Counted from the stretch's first letter, positions 27,070 to 41,300 are shown. The stretch is 64,000 nt of DNA from Phoronis australis (GCA_002633005.1 NMRA01000285.1:295505-359504), one strand, 5' to 3'. Made by a program: numbers and translations. Notes: generated from the letters alone by a model not told the origin.

Positions 27070-27700
27070 GGAAGAGTTAAACTGGTTAAAAATAATCACT
27101 GAGAGACAAAAACTGCTCTTATATAGATCTGTTAAGAACGATTATTGTGTAGAAGAAAAACGCTATTTTAATTCAGTGAAATTTTTCTCTCGTGTTCTCT
27201 CACTTGTAAATCACCGATCTCCAATTTGAATGCAGGTGTCATGTGGTCGGTATCCTTTGGCTTGAGCATAATAGTCAGTTACTAGTGGTAACCTACTTTA
27301 GCAGACGATATATTCCCGGTTGAAGCTTAGCGTGATGAAATGTGTAGTAAGCTTTCACAGTTGCTAAACCTTAATTTATAGATTCCCTTTATTTATATTT
27401 TGTTTTATTTTTCAATTGGTTTTGAGCAAAAGCATTTTTACGTCTGCCGGTGTCCCAGATATTTGTCATAGCTCGATTGAGAGCCGGTATTCTACCATTA
27501 GAGGTTGAATTGGGGCGGTACTCCGGAATTCCTGTGAATGAACGAATTTGTCGTGTTTGTAAAAACAGACCTGAAGATGAAGTACATTTCATCTTTGACA
27601 GTGAAAATATTCTCATATTCGACCATTTTTATATGGAGTTCTGCTCTACCTCAAATACTCCAAAATAATTTGAAAGGTTTAGCAAAATTCATTCAATACG
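27070..27700 (+). pseudogene. Degenerate non-LTR retrotransposon ORF2 C-terminal fragment, interrupted by an insertion of about 270 bp
   Basis: 27070-27157 reads EELNWLKIITERQKLLLYRSVKNDYCVEE and 27468-27603 reads IARLRAGILPLEVELGRY...ERICRVCK...EDEVHFIFD. These are the KL-x2-Y-x3-K and R-G-x2-L-x-E-GRY...C-x2-C...EDE-x-HF motifs typical of LINE ORF2 ends. Confidence 0.8.
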
Positions 27701-30700
27701 CTTTGTATGGTAGAAGTAATTATCAGTTTGTATACTAATCTATTATGTTATGGTTTAGTTGTTATAAGGTGGAAGTGTGGTGAATGTTCTGTATTTGAGA
27801 TTGTGTAGTTGTTATTCAGTGGCACCCTTATGTCACTGTAATAAATAATAATAATAATGATAATAATAACATAGAAATCTGTGGGGCGTTTCTCTGATCT
27901 ATAGCGGAACACGCCAATGTGCTCCAGGAATAACATACACAGCGGAGGCCAATTTAAACTTCATGAACTTGAATTTTACAAAGATCGATAAGAAACCCTA
28001 TCTTTTGCTGCTCTAGGGAACGAATAATTTTGCCGATTTTGTGATGATTTGACCGTGACACTTTTAACTATTTTGCCCAATTCTGGAAGCAACTGTTCCC
28101 CGATACGGGTGATATTGCAACAGGTCGTCAAACATTAGTGATCATTGACACGGTAATGCGCGCACGACATTCTGATGCCACTGTCGTCTTCCGAATGGCT
28201 CTTTTTGGACAAGTCCGACGAATTAGCAGTCACAAATTGAGGGAAATTATTCCTGAGCACATTAGTTCGGCACCACTCTTGCGTTCGCTTTAATGGGGTT
28301 CGGCACCGTCTCAATTTATAGTTGATTTGTTTTCAAATTTTGATGGTTCATATTTTCAATTGGTCTTTACCTACTGCTAATCTGCAAAGTAGGAGACACG
28401 CCTAAACAGAGACATCTCTGACAAAGCAGTCACGGGTTACTGAACAGTCGCTTCTAATTTGATAATTGATGCCACCAAAGGAGAAATATAACTGATCTGG
28501 AAGATTATAACAGTATGACGTGTAGTCCTACCTGCGTAACGCCGGCCTAATTCCTAAGAAATTGACTATTAAACGTTATCTTTATCCTTTATCCTTTTTA
28601 TGTAATTGTTGGAAATTCTTAATATTTTTTTTCTGGTGATTTTTATGCCACGAAGAAAGAACACCAATTAGGAAAATATGGACGCCTTGAAAAAATGCGT
28701 CACAAAATAACTACCTTATAAATACGCAAAGTAATGAGGTTTACAGTTTTAGAAACAGGTCCCGTGTTTGTAAGACCAGAAAAGTTAGCTAAGAAGATCG
28801 TTTAGGGCGCCTTGCAGTGGACAACATTGATACAAAGTTTAGTTAGACTAATGACCCACTGAAAGTGGCACGGTCTGCAACAGTCTTGTTAAAGCGACGT
28901 CTACCTCTTTCTCATTGCATAATCATCGGCAAATAATGAAAGATGTAACTCAAAAAGATACAAATGATAACTCAAATCTTTCCACACATCATGGATTTTT
29001 ATCACCAAATATATCATTCGGGGCATCAGCAAGCACGAAAAGAGAGCCAATACGCCATCCCTTTTCAGTGACAAGTGCGAACGGGCTTAAACATCCGTCC
29101 TGTGGAAATAGAATTCACAGTTATTCATGCTTTGGAAATCTGATTGTCACTAATGGGTTGAGGGCACTGTGACCGACTAATTTGACATTTGTTTGTAGAG
29201 ATATCGTACTTTTTACAAGAGCGCCTGTCTCCAAATATTTGCTTTAAGTGAGGTACTTGGCGTGCAATAGAAATGATTCGATATAGAAGTCGTGACATTT
29301 ATTCAACGCTCATCAGTGATAAACTAAAACTGTTTGCTTGGTTAATCGACTCATGGACATTTGTTACTTGAAAGACAGTAAAGGCAGAGTCCCTGACCAC
29401 CAGAGTCAGCACTGAATAGCCGTTACCCTAAGGGATGACATAGGAAGTAGAATAGTGTCGTGACGCGGAGACTCGGCGATTACTGAAGTTCTGAAATTAC
29501 GAAGTGCGCTATGAGTAATAATATTTAATTAAGAGCCAGTGACTATTTTCTAATCTAGTCGTTCTCCTTATTTTCCACTACCCTCTGAAAAGCGGATTTG
29601 ATTATTTCAGTTTTACTAATGGTTGTTATTTCATACAAGCAAGACCAAGAGCAAAAGTTAGGACAGTAGTGATGACGAACTTGGCACATTGCAGTCACGA
29701 TGGTGAACTTAAACTTGTGGTTCTGCTCAAGATCACAAGAATACACTAAGAAACTTGGCAAGGTCACTCAATCACGTTCACACTGAATAAATTGAAAACT
29801 AAAGCAAATCACATGCTGATAACATAATGTAAATTTTAACCAATCTTCAACTATTAGCGACCTTATTCACGAAATAATAATTGATTAACCATCGCATTCA
29901 ATTCTGCGACACAAGTTCCGGTAAAAGAGAAATGGGTGTTGGTGAGGCCAATAATTAGAAAAGGTGTTGCATTGAGCAGAAACGTTTACCTGATTACTTA
30001 AATAAATATTTAACTCCAAGCTCATGAATACTCAATGTTGAAAGTTAGCGGAATTCCAAGTTCACGAACAGCAATGAGACCTTAAACTAGCCTGGTGGCT
30101 CCGTACACATGTACGTGTCGTCCAATGGCTTCCAGGCTACAGCGATGCTGTCTGGTGGAATTATTGCACAAAATTAAAGTTCCTATGATTTCATGACTCA
30201 GAACTCCTGGAACCAAGATTGTTAATTTTAGGTTGCGAAAGCCGTGGTATTAGCTAATGAAATGATGTTCCAAGTTTCAAGTTTCAAGTTTCAAAGAAAG
30301 GCGAGCTAAACTGAGAAGTAGCCTAACAGCCTGAAGGAGTTCTGCAGAAAATGCATGGACAGAACACCTCGTTAGAATGATAGTTTAGTATTGCGGAAAC
30401 ACAAAAATCTTAACACATAAGCTTGCAATTGTCTATAAAAGTGTAGTTGGGTAGCAAGGCCCTCATTCCAATTTATACGAGATAAGACTTAACAATCGGA
30501 TTTCATTTTGAACAACCGTGATGGAAGCACCGGTCTCATATTCCCACGGTTGCACATTTCGCGTAAGGTAAATAAGGTTTACCATGGTAACAGCCTGATA
30601 AACTTGTGAGGTCAATAACTTCTGTTGAAATTTACTTGCGGTGATATTGATCTGACCGTGTAATTAAATACCGAGATTTCAACGAAAACGACACAATAAC

Positions 30701-33258
30701 TCTGTAAATAAGGCAATAGAAGACACATGTCCAGATAGTCGTTCTATTTGTGTTGTATGAGGTTGACGGTCATCAGCTACGTTTAAAGTCTGAACGTGTA
30801 CACCCTTGCTGAATAAAAATAACAACGATCTGCGCAGTGATGCAGTCACACTCAGTCACGGCAGAACTGGTGAACACTTCTGTTGCTTTCATTAATCTAG
30901 GACTATGGCAAATTGATGCATGAGTACGATAGTGACTGGTGGGAGATGATGAGTATAGGGATAAAATTACATAAAATTGCAATGAGCTGCTGGGTATCCT
31001 GAACGACGGTAACTTAGTGATGGGGTCAATGTTGAATTGTACTAGAGGTAGTCCAGTATTTGTCGATATACCACATCATTGACAATTTTGTAGAGCAATT
31101 GCGATTTTTGACTGCTGTCTTCCTTGTTCCAATGACTCCCAGCCAAGCTTGTTGATCGTAAGGGAGAAAGGAGGTAGAATCAATTCTCTCCTCCAGTCGT
31201 TGAAGACAGCTACTCCTGGCACTACAGTGGTCTCTTTCCAGTTAGCTGATGCTTGTGCTTGTGTGGATATAGATCATTAGAACGACATACCCCTAAGAAA
31301 TGAATTTAGAAAGTGAATTATGACATAGGACATTTCATTAGGCAGCCGTCACCGTTAAAGCTTAGACAGTTGTGTAAAAAATATTTAGGGACGCGTCCCC
31401 CGTGGACCTGAAAAAATAAGAAGACGACTTCCAACGACTTCTTAATTCCCTTCGGCGACAACGATATTAACGCGAGAACTGTAACACAAACATTTATTAG
31501 GACTTTGAGTATTGTGTGCAATTTCTACCAATTAATTGTGATGTAACATATCCTAGAAATAGTCGCAATGCAACTGGAAAACTAGTTCAGCGATTTGTCG
31601 AGAGTTCGTCAGCAGAGTAAAAGGCATCTTGAATGCATTTGTATGCGCGTTATTTGAGAAATTTTGCATTGCACCGAATCAGTGTTGGAAACGATTTTTG
31701 CAATGCCAGTTTTTGAGAAACAATCATAAAGATAGTCCCACAAGACCTAGGCGTACATGAGGATGTTATGAATAATAATATCACTAAAACCAATTGATTT
31801 AGACCACTTCACTATTATTAAATTGGTCTTTGTTCAAATATCTAAAACGTTCGGACTACGAAAGACTAAACAATTCGTTAGTCTTGTGTCAGTTTCATAA
31901 CGAAACTGTCGGTTCTTCATTTCAAGACCAAAAATTCGCTTTTCATCTGAGTAAAGGACAAATCTCTGACAGCGCGGCCGCAGCCGAAATGCCTCTATAG
32001 CAGTTGGTCGGTAGATACTGCCACTTAATTGTGCGCCTTCACAGAGCATTCTTGAACTGTGCAGTTATACAAACATTGGGCGTTGGAAGTACGAAGCACT
32101 TCACATACATCCACAGTCTCACACCTGCTATCCCAGGAACTATCTTATACTCCTCTTCGCCTCCCCACGACTTTTTCTCCTCTTTTTGATCAAGTTCCCC
32201 CGCGCCACTTTCACGGCCATTACCCTCTCGACACATCAATTCTTCCCCCTATGTTTTGAATTTATACTCTCATCACTCACCATCATTTCCATCTCCATAT
32301 AGCCCCATTCACCCCTCCCCTGCTAGTCCAAATGCATTGATGTTGTCAAGGAGCTTTCCTTCACTTCAGCTTACGAATTTTCCCACCCTTTCGCCTGTCC
32401 CTGATTCCATCAGATGGCGTCCATCCCCGAGGTGCAAGGTCCCTCTCCGAGGTGCATATTGTTCATTCGTCCATTATTACCGGCTTATGGATGTACCATA
32501 TTTAGTTTCTCATGTTATATACATATATTTTCATATCTATATGCTATGCTTATATTTTTCTTTCACATCTCTTGTGTGTTATTCGCTTCTTGTTTCCACC
32601 TTTGGGTACTTGCATCTCTCACTTCATTCTCTATAGTGTTCAGTTGTCTAGCTACCGTCATTACTCAATTATTATTCCCTCAATCTGAGCAAAATGTTAG
32701 CTTGTAGACACATATAATCCCTATCTAGTATTTGCTTATACTTTTGTTAGGAATAACTGTACAATTTGAGGAATTTCACGTTCACATAAGTTCACGACGC
32801 AATCTGAGCAAGTTTCGCAAAAATTTGACGTCAGGCTAACATGTCAAAGGATATTAACCATATATAGGCCCCGCGAGATTTAAGTATTCCTTTTTATCTA
32901 CGTTTGTCCCAATCTAAATTAGAAAAAAATAGAGAGCTAGAGGTCTATAGCAGAGTGCTGCTGGTCTAAAATCATGGGTGTATACATATATCAGTTCACT
33001 CGAACGAGGCTATAAAATCTAGAAGCTAAAATTGCATGTTTCCCATTTTGTTGGCTAAAAAACTTTTTTTTTCTCATGAAATTGGTCTCGTGATATTCCA
33101 TAGGCCTACCTTGATACATTTCCTGCCACGCACACTGACTACAACAAGGTTAAAGAGTTCACAGCAGTGGAACAACCACCTTCGCCGCTTGTAAAACCGA
33201 CAGTTATTGGAAGAGAAAATAATTAATTTATGTGCGTTAATTACGCCGGTTAGTTTGT

Positions 33259-33541
33259 ATCGTTGGCCAAATGAGTGAACGTTACGCACGTAAATTGTAC
33301 GTGCGTAAGTTAATTCTTGTTAATGGCGTCAAGTACTAATTACTTGCGACGTAAATTAACTGTAACGGCGCAAAGTAATTATTTGCGACGTAAAGTAACT
33401 TTTAATGGATGAAAGTGATTATTTGCGACGTACGTAAATGATTACATTACGCCGTGAATAATTAATTTACGCCTCTAACAAGAATTGATTTACGCGCGTA
33501 ATTTACGTGTGTAACGTTCACCCCGGCATTTGGCCAACGAT
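33259..33541. mobile_element. Fold-back/MITE-like element with about 75-bp imperfect inverted arms and internal ATTTGCGACGTAAA sub-repeats
   Basis: 33259-33331 is the reverse complement of 33467-33541; related AT-rich sub-repeats extend to about 33655. Confidence 0.75.
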
Positions 33542-34024
33542 AAATTTGCGGCGTAAATAATTAATGTACTTTAAGCCATTAACGATTATTTCACGCGGTT
33601 AAAAGTTAATTTATGCCATTAATAATTAATTCATGCCATTAAAAGTTAATTTGTGTGGCAGACAACGGCGAGAAATGTCAACTTGTAATAAAACAGATTT
33701 CGAGGTTTTGAGGCGCTGGTTACTACCCTAATGTCCGTTTGGAGCGCAACTGGGCAAGAGAAGCGTAACCTTTGACCTTTCCTGCCGGATGCCGGTGTAG
33801 CCGGTTGCTAGAGGTTTGCCTTGGTTCTTTCTTTCACAAATTAAAATGTCAGATCGAGAGACTCACTTGTTATAGCACGTGCACCAGCCTGTACAAGAAC
33901 ATCTCACTTTACTGGTACAGAAATAAGCCTTTTTCAAGGACTTGGTTTGTTTTTAATTTGTAAGTCATTTCGCCTATTCCTGCTCAACACTTTTACCAGG
34001 CTGAGGTGAGGTCATGGATTTGGA

Positions 34025-34078
34025 CAGGCAATGACCATCGCCTCTGTTGGCCCGACCAGAGGCGATGGTCATTGCCTA
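34025..34078. mobile_element. Tiny hairpin element, perfect 21-bp stem, flanked by GGATTTGG direct repeats
   Basis: Arms 34026-34046 and 34057-34077; direct repeats 34016-34023 and 34079-34086; CAGG/TAGG ends resemble hAT termini. Confidence 0.65.
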
Positions 34079-34832
34079 GGATTTGGGTTGGAGCTAAGTT
34101 TCTTACACATTCTACCCTGGTGTAAGTACACAAAGTGATCGTAACACTAGATATGTTGTGTATAATTTATGATTTGACTATTTAAGTCAGTGGATTGAAA
34201 CTAATTTAGGAGAGTTGTGGAAGTCACACGTCTAAAGTAGTAAAAAATAGATGTCCACTGCTTTCGGTTTAAAAAATATATCCATCCAATAACTTGTGAA
34301 CTCAGTCTCAGGAGTGTTTGTGCTATCTTTTTTTACCTGACTGTTGTGCTTTGGTTATAATCTCATGAAGTAGGATTGTAATCAGTCAGGCTGCTTAACA
34401 AAAACAAAAATACGAAAGACATCAAATGTGCTTGCGAGCTTATGCGCTACACTGCTAGATAATGAATGCCTTCCATCCGTGTTAATAGTAGACTTGATTT
34501 ACCCAGTTCAAGTACTATTGTCTGGATTGTTCCACAGCTAAAATAGATTTTGTCACTTGTGTTGTTAAAAGTTACGATTCCCAGAACATTGTATACTCAG
34601 ATTTGGAACGATTGTATTTACATAAGATGTGCTGAGAAAGTACTTGATGTGACTTTGATGAATGCGTGTGATTTCTGCTTATCTCACACAAGGTCCCCCC
34701 TGGTCCATTACTCCATGTCCAATCTCTAGACTTACTAATGTGGGAAACCTGCATAAATGAAAATTGTTCACTATGCTATTTTATTGCATTTCCTTTAGAT
34801 TCTGTGAGGTCTAGTACAACAAGCGTGCAAGC

Positions 34833-35379
34833 ATGTCAACATCTAGTGTAAGACACAGGGTTCATGGTGGACAAGAATGGAGCAATGACAGTGGGCAGTA
34901 TGTTGCCACAGAAACAAAAGAAAAACCTACCAGACACATTGGCCCTCTCTCCTGGGCAGCAGTCATAGCATTCTATGCTTTTGTTCTATGGCTTGTGCAT
35001 TACGAAAGTCATCGGTTTCCTGCGGCAAAGTCTGATCGTGAAACTCCTGTTGATCAGTTCTCAGAAGAAAGAGCCAGACGCCATCTCTATGCATTGACAA
35101 ACATGGGCAGCCGTCCAGTTGGCAGTATAGAAAATGAAAAATTAGCCGTGAACTATCTTCTGCGTGAATTAGCCAGCATCAAAAGCCAGTCTTTGCCAGT
35201 TCATCATATCGAAGTCGATCTCATGAATGTAACTGGCAGTTTCAGTTTAGATTTTCTCAGTGGTTTTACAAGTTATTATGACAACGTCAACAATCTCTTG
35301 GTTAAGATAGGACCACAGGCTTTGTTAAGAGACAGTCTACTGGTCAATTGTCACTATGACAGTACTATGGACAGTCCAG
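34833..35379 (+). CDS. ERMP1: ERMP1 coding exon 1 (N-terminal TM anchor, [24 protein letters not shown])
   Basis: ATG at 34833. Acceptor cctttag at 34792-34798 implies an upstream non-coding exon. Donor G|gtaagc, phase 1. Confidence 0.95.
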
Positions 35380-38300
35380 GTAAGCAATCATTCTCAAGTC
35401 ATAGAAATAATTTTTACTGAATTATTCACATGACTTGTATTGAATTTAAGGGATGTGACATTTAATACTGATAATGATACAAGTGTTTTGAGACAAGGTC
35501 ATCTTGATTTGGTAATCTCCAGTGGTATTTAATGATTAGAACTTAAAATTTTGAAATGACAAATCGTTATATCTTGGTGCCTGAGAAATTATTGTAGCAT
35601 TTGCACCATTAAAATGTCCATAGATAAATTTTCCAAAAATATGTAGCACTAGGTCACACATCAAAATTTCATGGCAATCTTAGCCTATTGAGACCTTTAT
35701 ATGATAAAAGATTCTTTGTGCCCAGTCTGGGTTGAAGAATTGATCAACTACTAGTTCTCTGCACGACAACCTAAATGAAAATCAGGAAAGGGCCATAGGT
35801 TGCAAGTTTTTTGTTGTCAGGAAGGGGCATTTTTAATAACTTAACTTGATCATTTTAATTCATTTGTTACTAGGTCATAGGTATTGCTATCTGCACTGTA
35901 ATTACCTTCATTTCTGAGATATTGTTGCTTGTCTTCAGCGAAACGTGACGTTAAAACTATACTGCAGTGATAACTGTTTTTCATATCTAGTATCAAGTTA
36001 GATTTAAAAATAGGTTACCCATCACTGTATTAGATGAGCCTATAAAAGTTTAACCACATCTAATTTCAGGATTCCATATTGCCTTTTCCATTATGGGACA
36101 GTTGTTGGCTCATAAACATATAATGGATAATTTCTGTTTTAGGTGGTTAATTTAACTAATCTTCAAGATGATGGCGCACACCTCAAAAATCTTTCAGGCA
36201 AAAGATTTCCTGGGGTCTCATGAAAAGTGACTAAAACAGAGAATTGGTCTTACGCTCCCACTTCTTACGCTTTCACTTCATAATTAGTGAATAATCGTTA
36301 AGCCATGCAATTAGCGCATCATAGCCTAGAAATAATTGATACGAATTATCTCAGTAACTGGTTGATGTGGGTATATATTTTTTTTGGTCTCAGAGACTTT
36401 GTATTTTTGCTAAAGTGAGATTTGATTATATTTCATACATACTTATGCGGATCCTAGAGCCAAATTTCCTGCTAAAGTCTTATGTCAGTTTTCATGTAAC
36501 AAAGACAAGTGGCCTGCGTGTTAATTAGTCTCACTTTCACTTCTTTGGTTTAATTTTGCCAAGTCATTCAATCATGCACCCAAAACATGATACAGTGAAC
36601 TGTGCTTTCAACTGCGGTGTTCTCAAGTGACATTGGTGTTGTTTTTTGTCACACTGTTTGCACGTCACCAAGTGAGCTGTGATGTTATCAAATCCAGCAA
36701 CTATCCCACAATGCATTTGAGAAGTGACAGAAGTGACACCAATAGAGGAAGATAGTTATGGCATTGATAAAATTGTCAAATTACTCTGTTTGATCTCAGG
36801 TGCCAGCGATGATGCTGTCAGTTGCTGCTCCATGCTAGAAGCGCTCCGAGCCTTATCACAGAGCAAGGTGTCTCTGAAACACAGCATAATTTTCAACTTC
36901 AACGGAGCAGAAGAAAACGTGTTACAGGTTGCTACATTATTAGCAAGTTGACATTTAATTGTTTTGCTATGAGTGGATAGATAGGTTAATATCTTAATCC
37001 TATTTTACCACTGATAAACAGAGCTTTGATAAAAAGTCTTACTTGTTTGTGGTATCTTTACAAAGTAGATAATTTTCTTATATCATAAAACCATGGAGCA
37101 AGTAAGAGGAAATATTGCCAGTTTCCCTACATACCTTGTGTAGATCATGTCATGTAGTAGTAACCTGTATTCAAGTATGATTGCAGTGTGGGTGTGAACC
37201 TGAGTTGAGATAGAGATCTTTTTAGACTTGAGTGCACATCATGTGATGTGGCCAATATTACGTGTGTAAGAGGCTACTAAAGCTAAATGTTTCTGTAAGT
37301 AGTGCATATTGTAATGCCTGTTGCATGTAGCCAATTGTAAGAACCAATGTGTTGTCATGTTTCTATATGTCTTAGTGAGATGATGCTCTTTCAAGGAAAA
37401 TTGTTTTCGCCAGTTTTTAAGATTCATCTCAGCAGGTAAAAATTCATAGCTCCCGGCACAGCCAAACCTTGCTTTGAAAACAGTCAAACATTGCCAGTGG
37501 ACTCAAAGTGAAGGTTGCACTTAGATAACGCTGTATGTCAGTGTTCTCCATAATACTAATTCCAAACTCGATGCAAATTTCACGAGGAGTTCAATATCAG
37601 TTGTGAACACTGTCCGTTCTGTAACCCTATCCTCTCCACTGGAGATACTCCGTTCTGTAACCCTACCCTCTCCACTGGAGATACTTATATATGTTTCAGA
37701 AATGTACACTGAACTGGTATGACCTACTTTTTGACACTTCTATGTGTGTTCAATCACTTCACAACCTTTATGTAGTAACAAAGGCAGCTTGAGTGATACA
37801 GACAAATGGAAATGTTCTCTTTTATTTTATAGTGAGATGAATGCATTGCTTGTCACACACTATCACAGTGTGCATTATGTATTATGTACTATTGGAAGCA
37901 GACGAGATTATTCTTACCTTACCATATCCATCATTTATAACAACTCATTCATTGGACTAAATAGTGCCGTACAAATTCTCCAATTTGAGACAGTCTCTAG
38001 AATTTTGGATATGTTCTTGATTCTGAAACATGAACAAGGCAGATTTTGGCGTTCACCAAATTTCTGAAAGTTCGGACAATGTGTTTTCAATCTACAGAGT
38101 GTATAATTTTGCTCTCGTTCCGGTGATTCTTGAATTTGGGACGGCCAATATTGCTTTTTTCTAGAATTTGGCAAGTAGGCTTCTACTATGGAGAAGTTGA
38201 TGCCTTTCCAGTTCAGGTCTGATTTGATGCCACCTAGTGGTAATTTTTATTACTTTCAAGTTTAGTTTTTGTTGTCTGTCTCTATTTCTGCCAAACCGCT

Positions 38301-41300
38301 CATAAAATCATCATAAAAGTTGGCAGATGTGTTCTCACTCAGAAGAGCAAGACTAACATTGATTTTCAGATGGTTCCAACTACTGAAGTGCATCCTAGTG
38401 GCTTCTCTTGCATCTGTGACTATCTCCAAAACCCAGTACAGGACCTTTGTGAAATTTGACAAGTGTATTTCCTTTAACTTGACAACAAATGAACAGATCA
38501 AATTAATGCTCTGCCTCCTAGTGGAATGTGATTTTTTTCGTGTGCCCCTGTGTTTTTTAGTTCTTTGATGTACGTGGCAAATAGTTTTGCGTAAGGGAGG
38601 CCACGATGTCTTCCAATTTTCAGACTAGTCCAATGTATTCTGTGCCATATTGTGACCATTTTAATTCAGTTTATTAACACTCTAGAAACATTCCATTTGT
38701 GGTGCAGTCGTGGATGCATTTCAGTGCTTTGCATTGGTCTTGTTACTTTACAGGCCAGTCACGGTTTCATCACCCAACACCCTTGGGCCAAGTCTATTCG
38801 AGCATTTGTCAACCTAGAGGCTGCGGGAGCTGGGGGCAAGGAACTTGTATTCCAGATGGGGCCAGAGAACCCTTGGTTAATTTATGCCTACACAGAGTCT
38901 GTGCACTACCCGTTTGCCACTGTTGTTGGCCAGGAAGTCTTTCAGCTTGGACTCATTCCGTCAGATACGGATTTCCGGATTTATAGGGACTATGGGAACA
39001 TTCCTGGTGAGCTACATGTACACTTAGCAATAATATGTTGTTGTAGTTCGAAAATAAGTAACACGTTATGTCTTGGGGTAATTCGTAGTACAAAATCGTA
39101 ATCAGGAATAGGATAATAAACAAGAAATTTCCACAAACAACCCTTTGATGATGAACTTGTGGTTCTGTTGAGAGTTCCATCATGGATTGACTTGGCTAGC
39201 AGTGTTTCCTTGATAACAAGACCAAGTTCTTTGTAATTATTAATTCTAAATACACTATGCTTTGATAAGTTTCCTTGTTACAGATGACTAATGCACAGTT
39301 TACATAACCGGAGTACTTCTGCAACTTGCCTTTCTCTCAATAGCTCTTCTGACTCTTTGAACTTCCAACCATCTTTAGTTTATTAAGTCAGATTTCATGA
39401 TGGGGAGGGCATCATTAAAACATGTTGTGGCTGTTGAGAATTGTCTGTTTTCCAGTGTATGGTAGAAGATGGTGGTGTCTGCAATGCTTTACAATGTTGT
39501 CTTTGAATTTTTATGAAGCTAACTTATTTTGGAAGTACAATTATGCAGGTAGATTTATGCAGGTATGATTATGCTGAGTTTGATTTCAGGTATTGACATT
39601 GCTTACATTGCCAATGGATACGTGTACCACAGTAAATTTGACCTTCCAGAGTTCATCCCATCTGGCTGCATGCAGCGTGGAGGTAGGCCAATTTAAATAA
39701 CTCAGTAGTTTCATCACCATCAGTAATTGTCATCAATATCATAATTTTGTCTTAACCCTTATCCTGCTAAGCCTCTATTCAGACAACTTTCCCTGTGCAC
39801 TGAGCTAAGTAGGTCACCACTGCTGCATGCACTGGGCTGTTATGAAGGTCACTCAGATTAATGACCTAACATTTTTAGATTGGAAATTTGAAGGGGTAAT
39901 ATCAACTTTACATAAAAGTGGTCTGCACAAAAGTTGTTCAGAATTCAATGGAAATTTTTACGATATGCATATCTTTACCATAGCCTTGGTGTAAATAATT
40001 CTATAAACTTTCAATCTGGACTCACTTTGTTTTTATCTGTTTTCGCACATGAGAACAGAGCTGACACTCAAAAACCGTAATAAGCATTTTTAAAGGGAAT
40101 CCATGAGAATTGCGTTTAGTAAATCAGATTTATTGTCTGTAACATCACATCTACAAACAAGAATGTACAGTATATAACATACCTCAACTTTGCACGATTA
40201 CAAATTCATGACTGGTGCAGTTGCTTGCTAAAGTCTGTTTTGAAGTTCACCTTGGTGTGCAAAAACTTGAAACACGGGTGGGGACACAAAGCTATTCTGT
40301 GCAAAAGTCACAAAAATATCTAATTCTGAATGAGTTCCATCATGTTTCAGAAGCCTTGTATTATGCCTGAAGGGCGTGAGCCAAGCATCGTCGTAGGACA
40401 CTCCAAGTTCAGCTTCAGGGACCGGTAGCTCATCCAAAAATTGCACTGAGATCCGAAACAATAGAATCTGCATTACTTGTGACTGTTGTGTTAGTTTTCC
40501 CGTCACTGTCACCGTCACTTTTGAGTGCCAATTCCAGCTCCTTTTCACTATCTGAGTCCATGAACACTTCCTCAAGAAACTAGTCAACAGTCACCTTACC
40601 ACGTTTGGCCCCAGCTAAGATAAAACTTGCGTAAACTTTCAAATATCTCGCAAACAAATGATCACAGCCATATGTTGTAAATCAGAAAAGTGTACAGGAA
40701 ACTATGAACTGTGGAATGCGCATGCTCACATATATAAACAGCATACGGGGCTTTCACAATTTCTCAATGAAAAACACCAGTGTCCTGGGGTGAGTATACT
40801 CTCCTTGCGCAGTCTAGCCATAACTTATTTTAGGCGATTGAGTACACCCGACGCATTTTAATAGGATGATAGGCTTGTCGTCTGACCTCGCCTAGCGTAG
40901 GATAAGGGTTAAATTGGTATTTCGTACTCCATTCATTGCATTTATCAATAAATGTTATTCACGTTTTTTTTCTGTGTTATGGTGCTGTGTACAGGTTATA
41001 ATTAACAGAGTGGTGCCAATTAGTTGGTACATCACTAAACTTGAATTCAGTTTTTAATGAAAGATCCTGCGTGTTCTGTTTGTCATGTCTTTCTTAAAAC
41101 ACACTGACAATAATAGTTTGAAATAGGAATATCACCGGCAAATAATATTGTTCTTATTGCAGAAGACAGTGTGAATGTCGGCTTTGTAGACTAAAGGGAA
41201 AATGTCATGCTTATTCTAATTCAAGAAAAATTATAATTGTTTCTGAAACAAACTCAACCAGATGTCCAGGTCCAACACAGGTATTGAGGACATTTCAGTT

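Noticed and set aside
27240-27370. tRNA-like A/B-box traces inside the LINE fragment
   Set aside because: No cloverleaf can be built; at most a decayed SINE.
40228-40587. 119-aa minus-strand ORF as a nested gene
   Set aside because: Overlaps a frameshifted piggyBac transposase remnant; the conserved Cys motif is in other frames.
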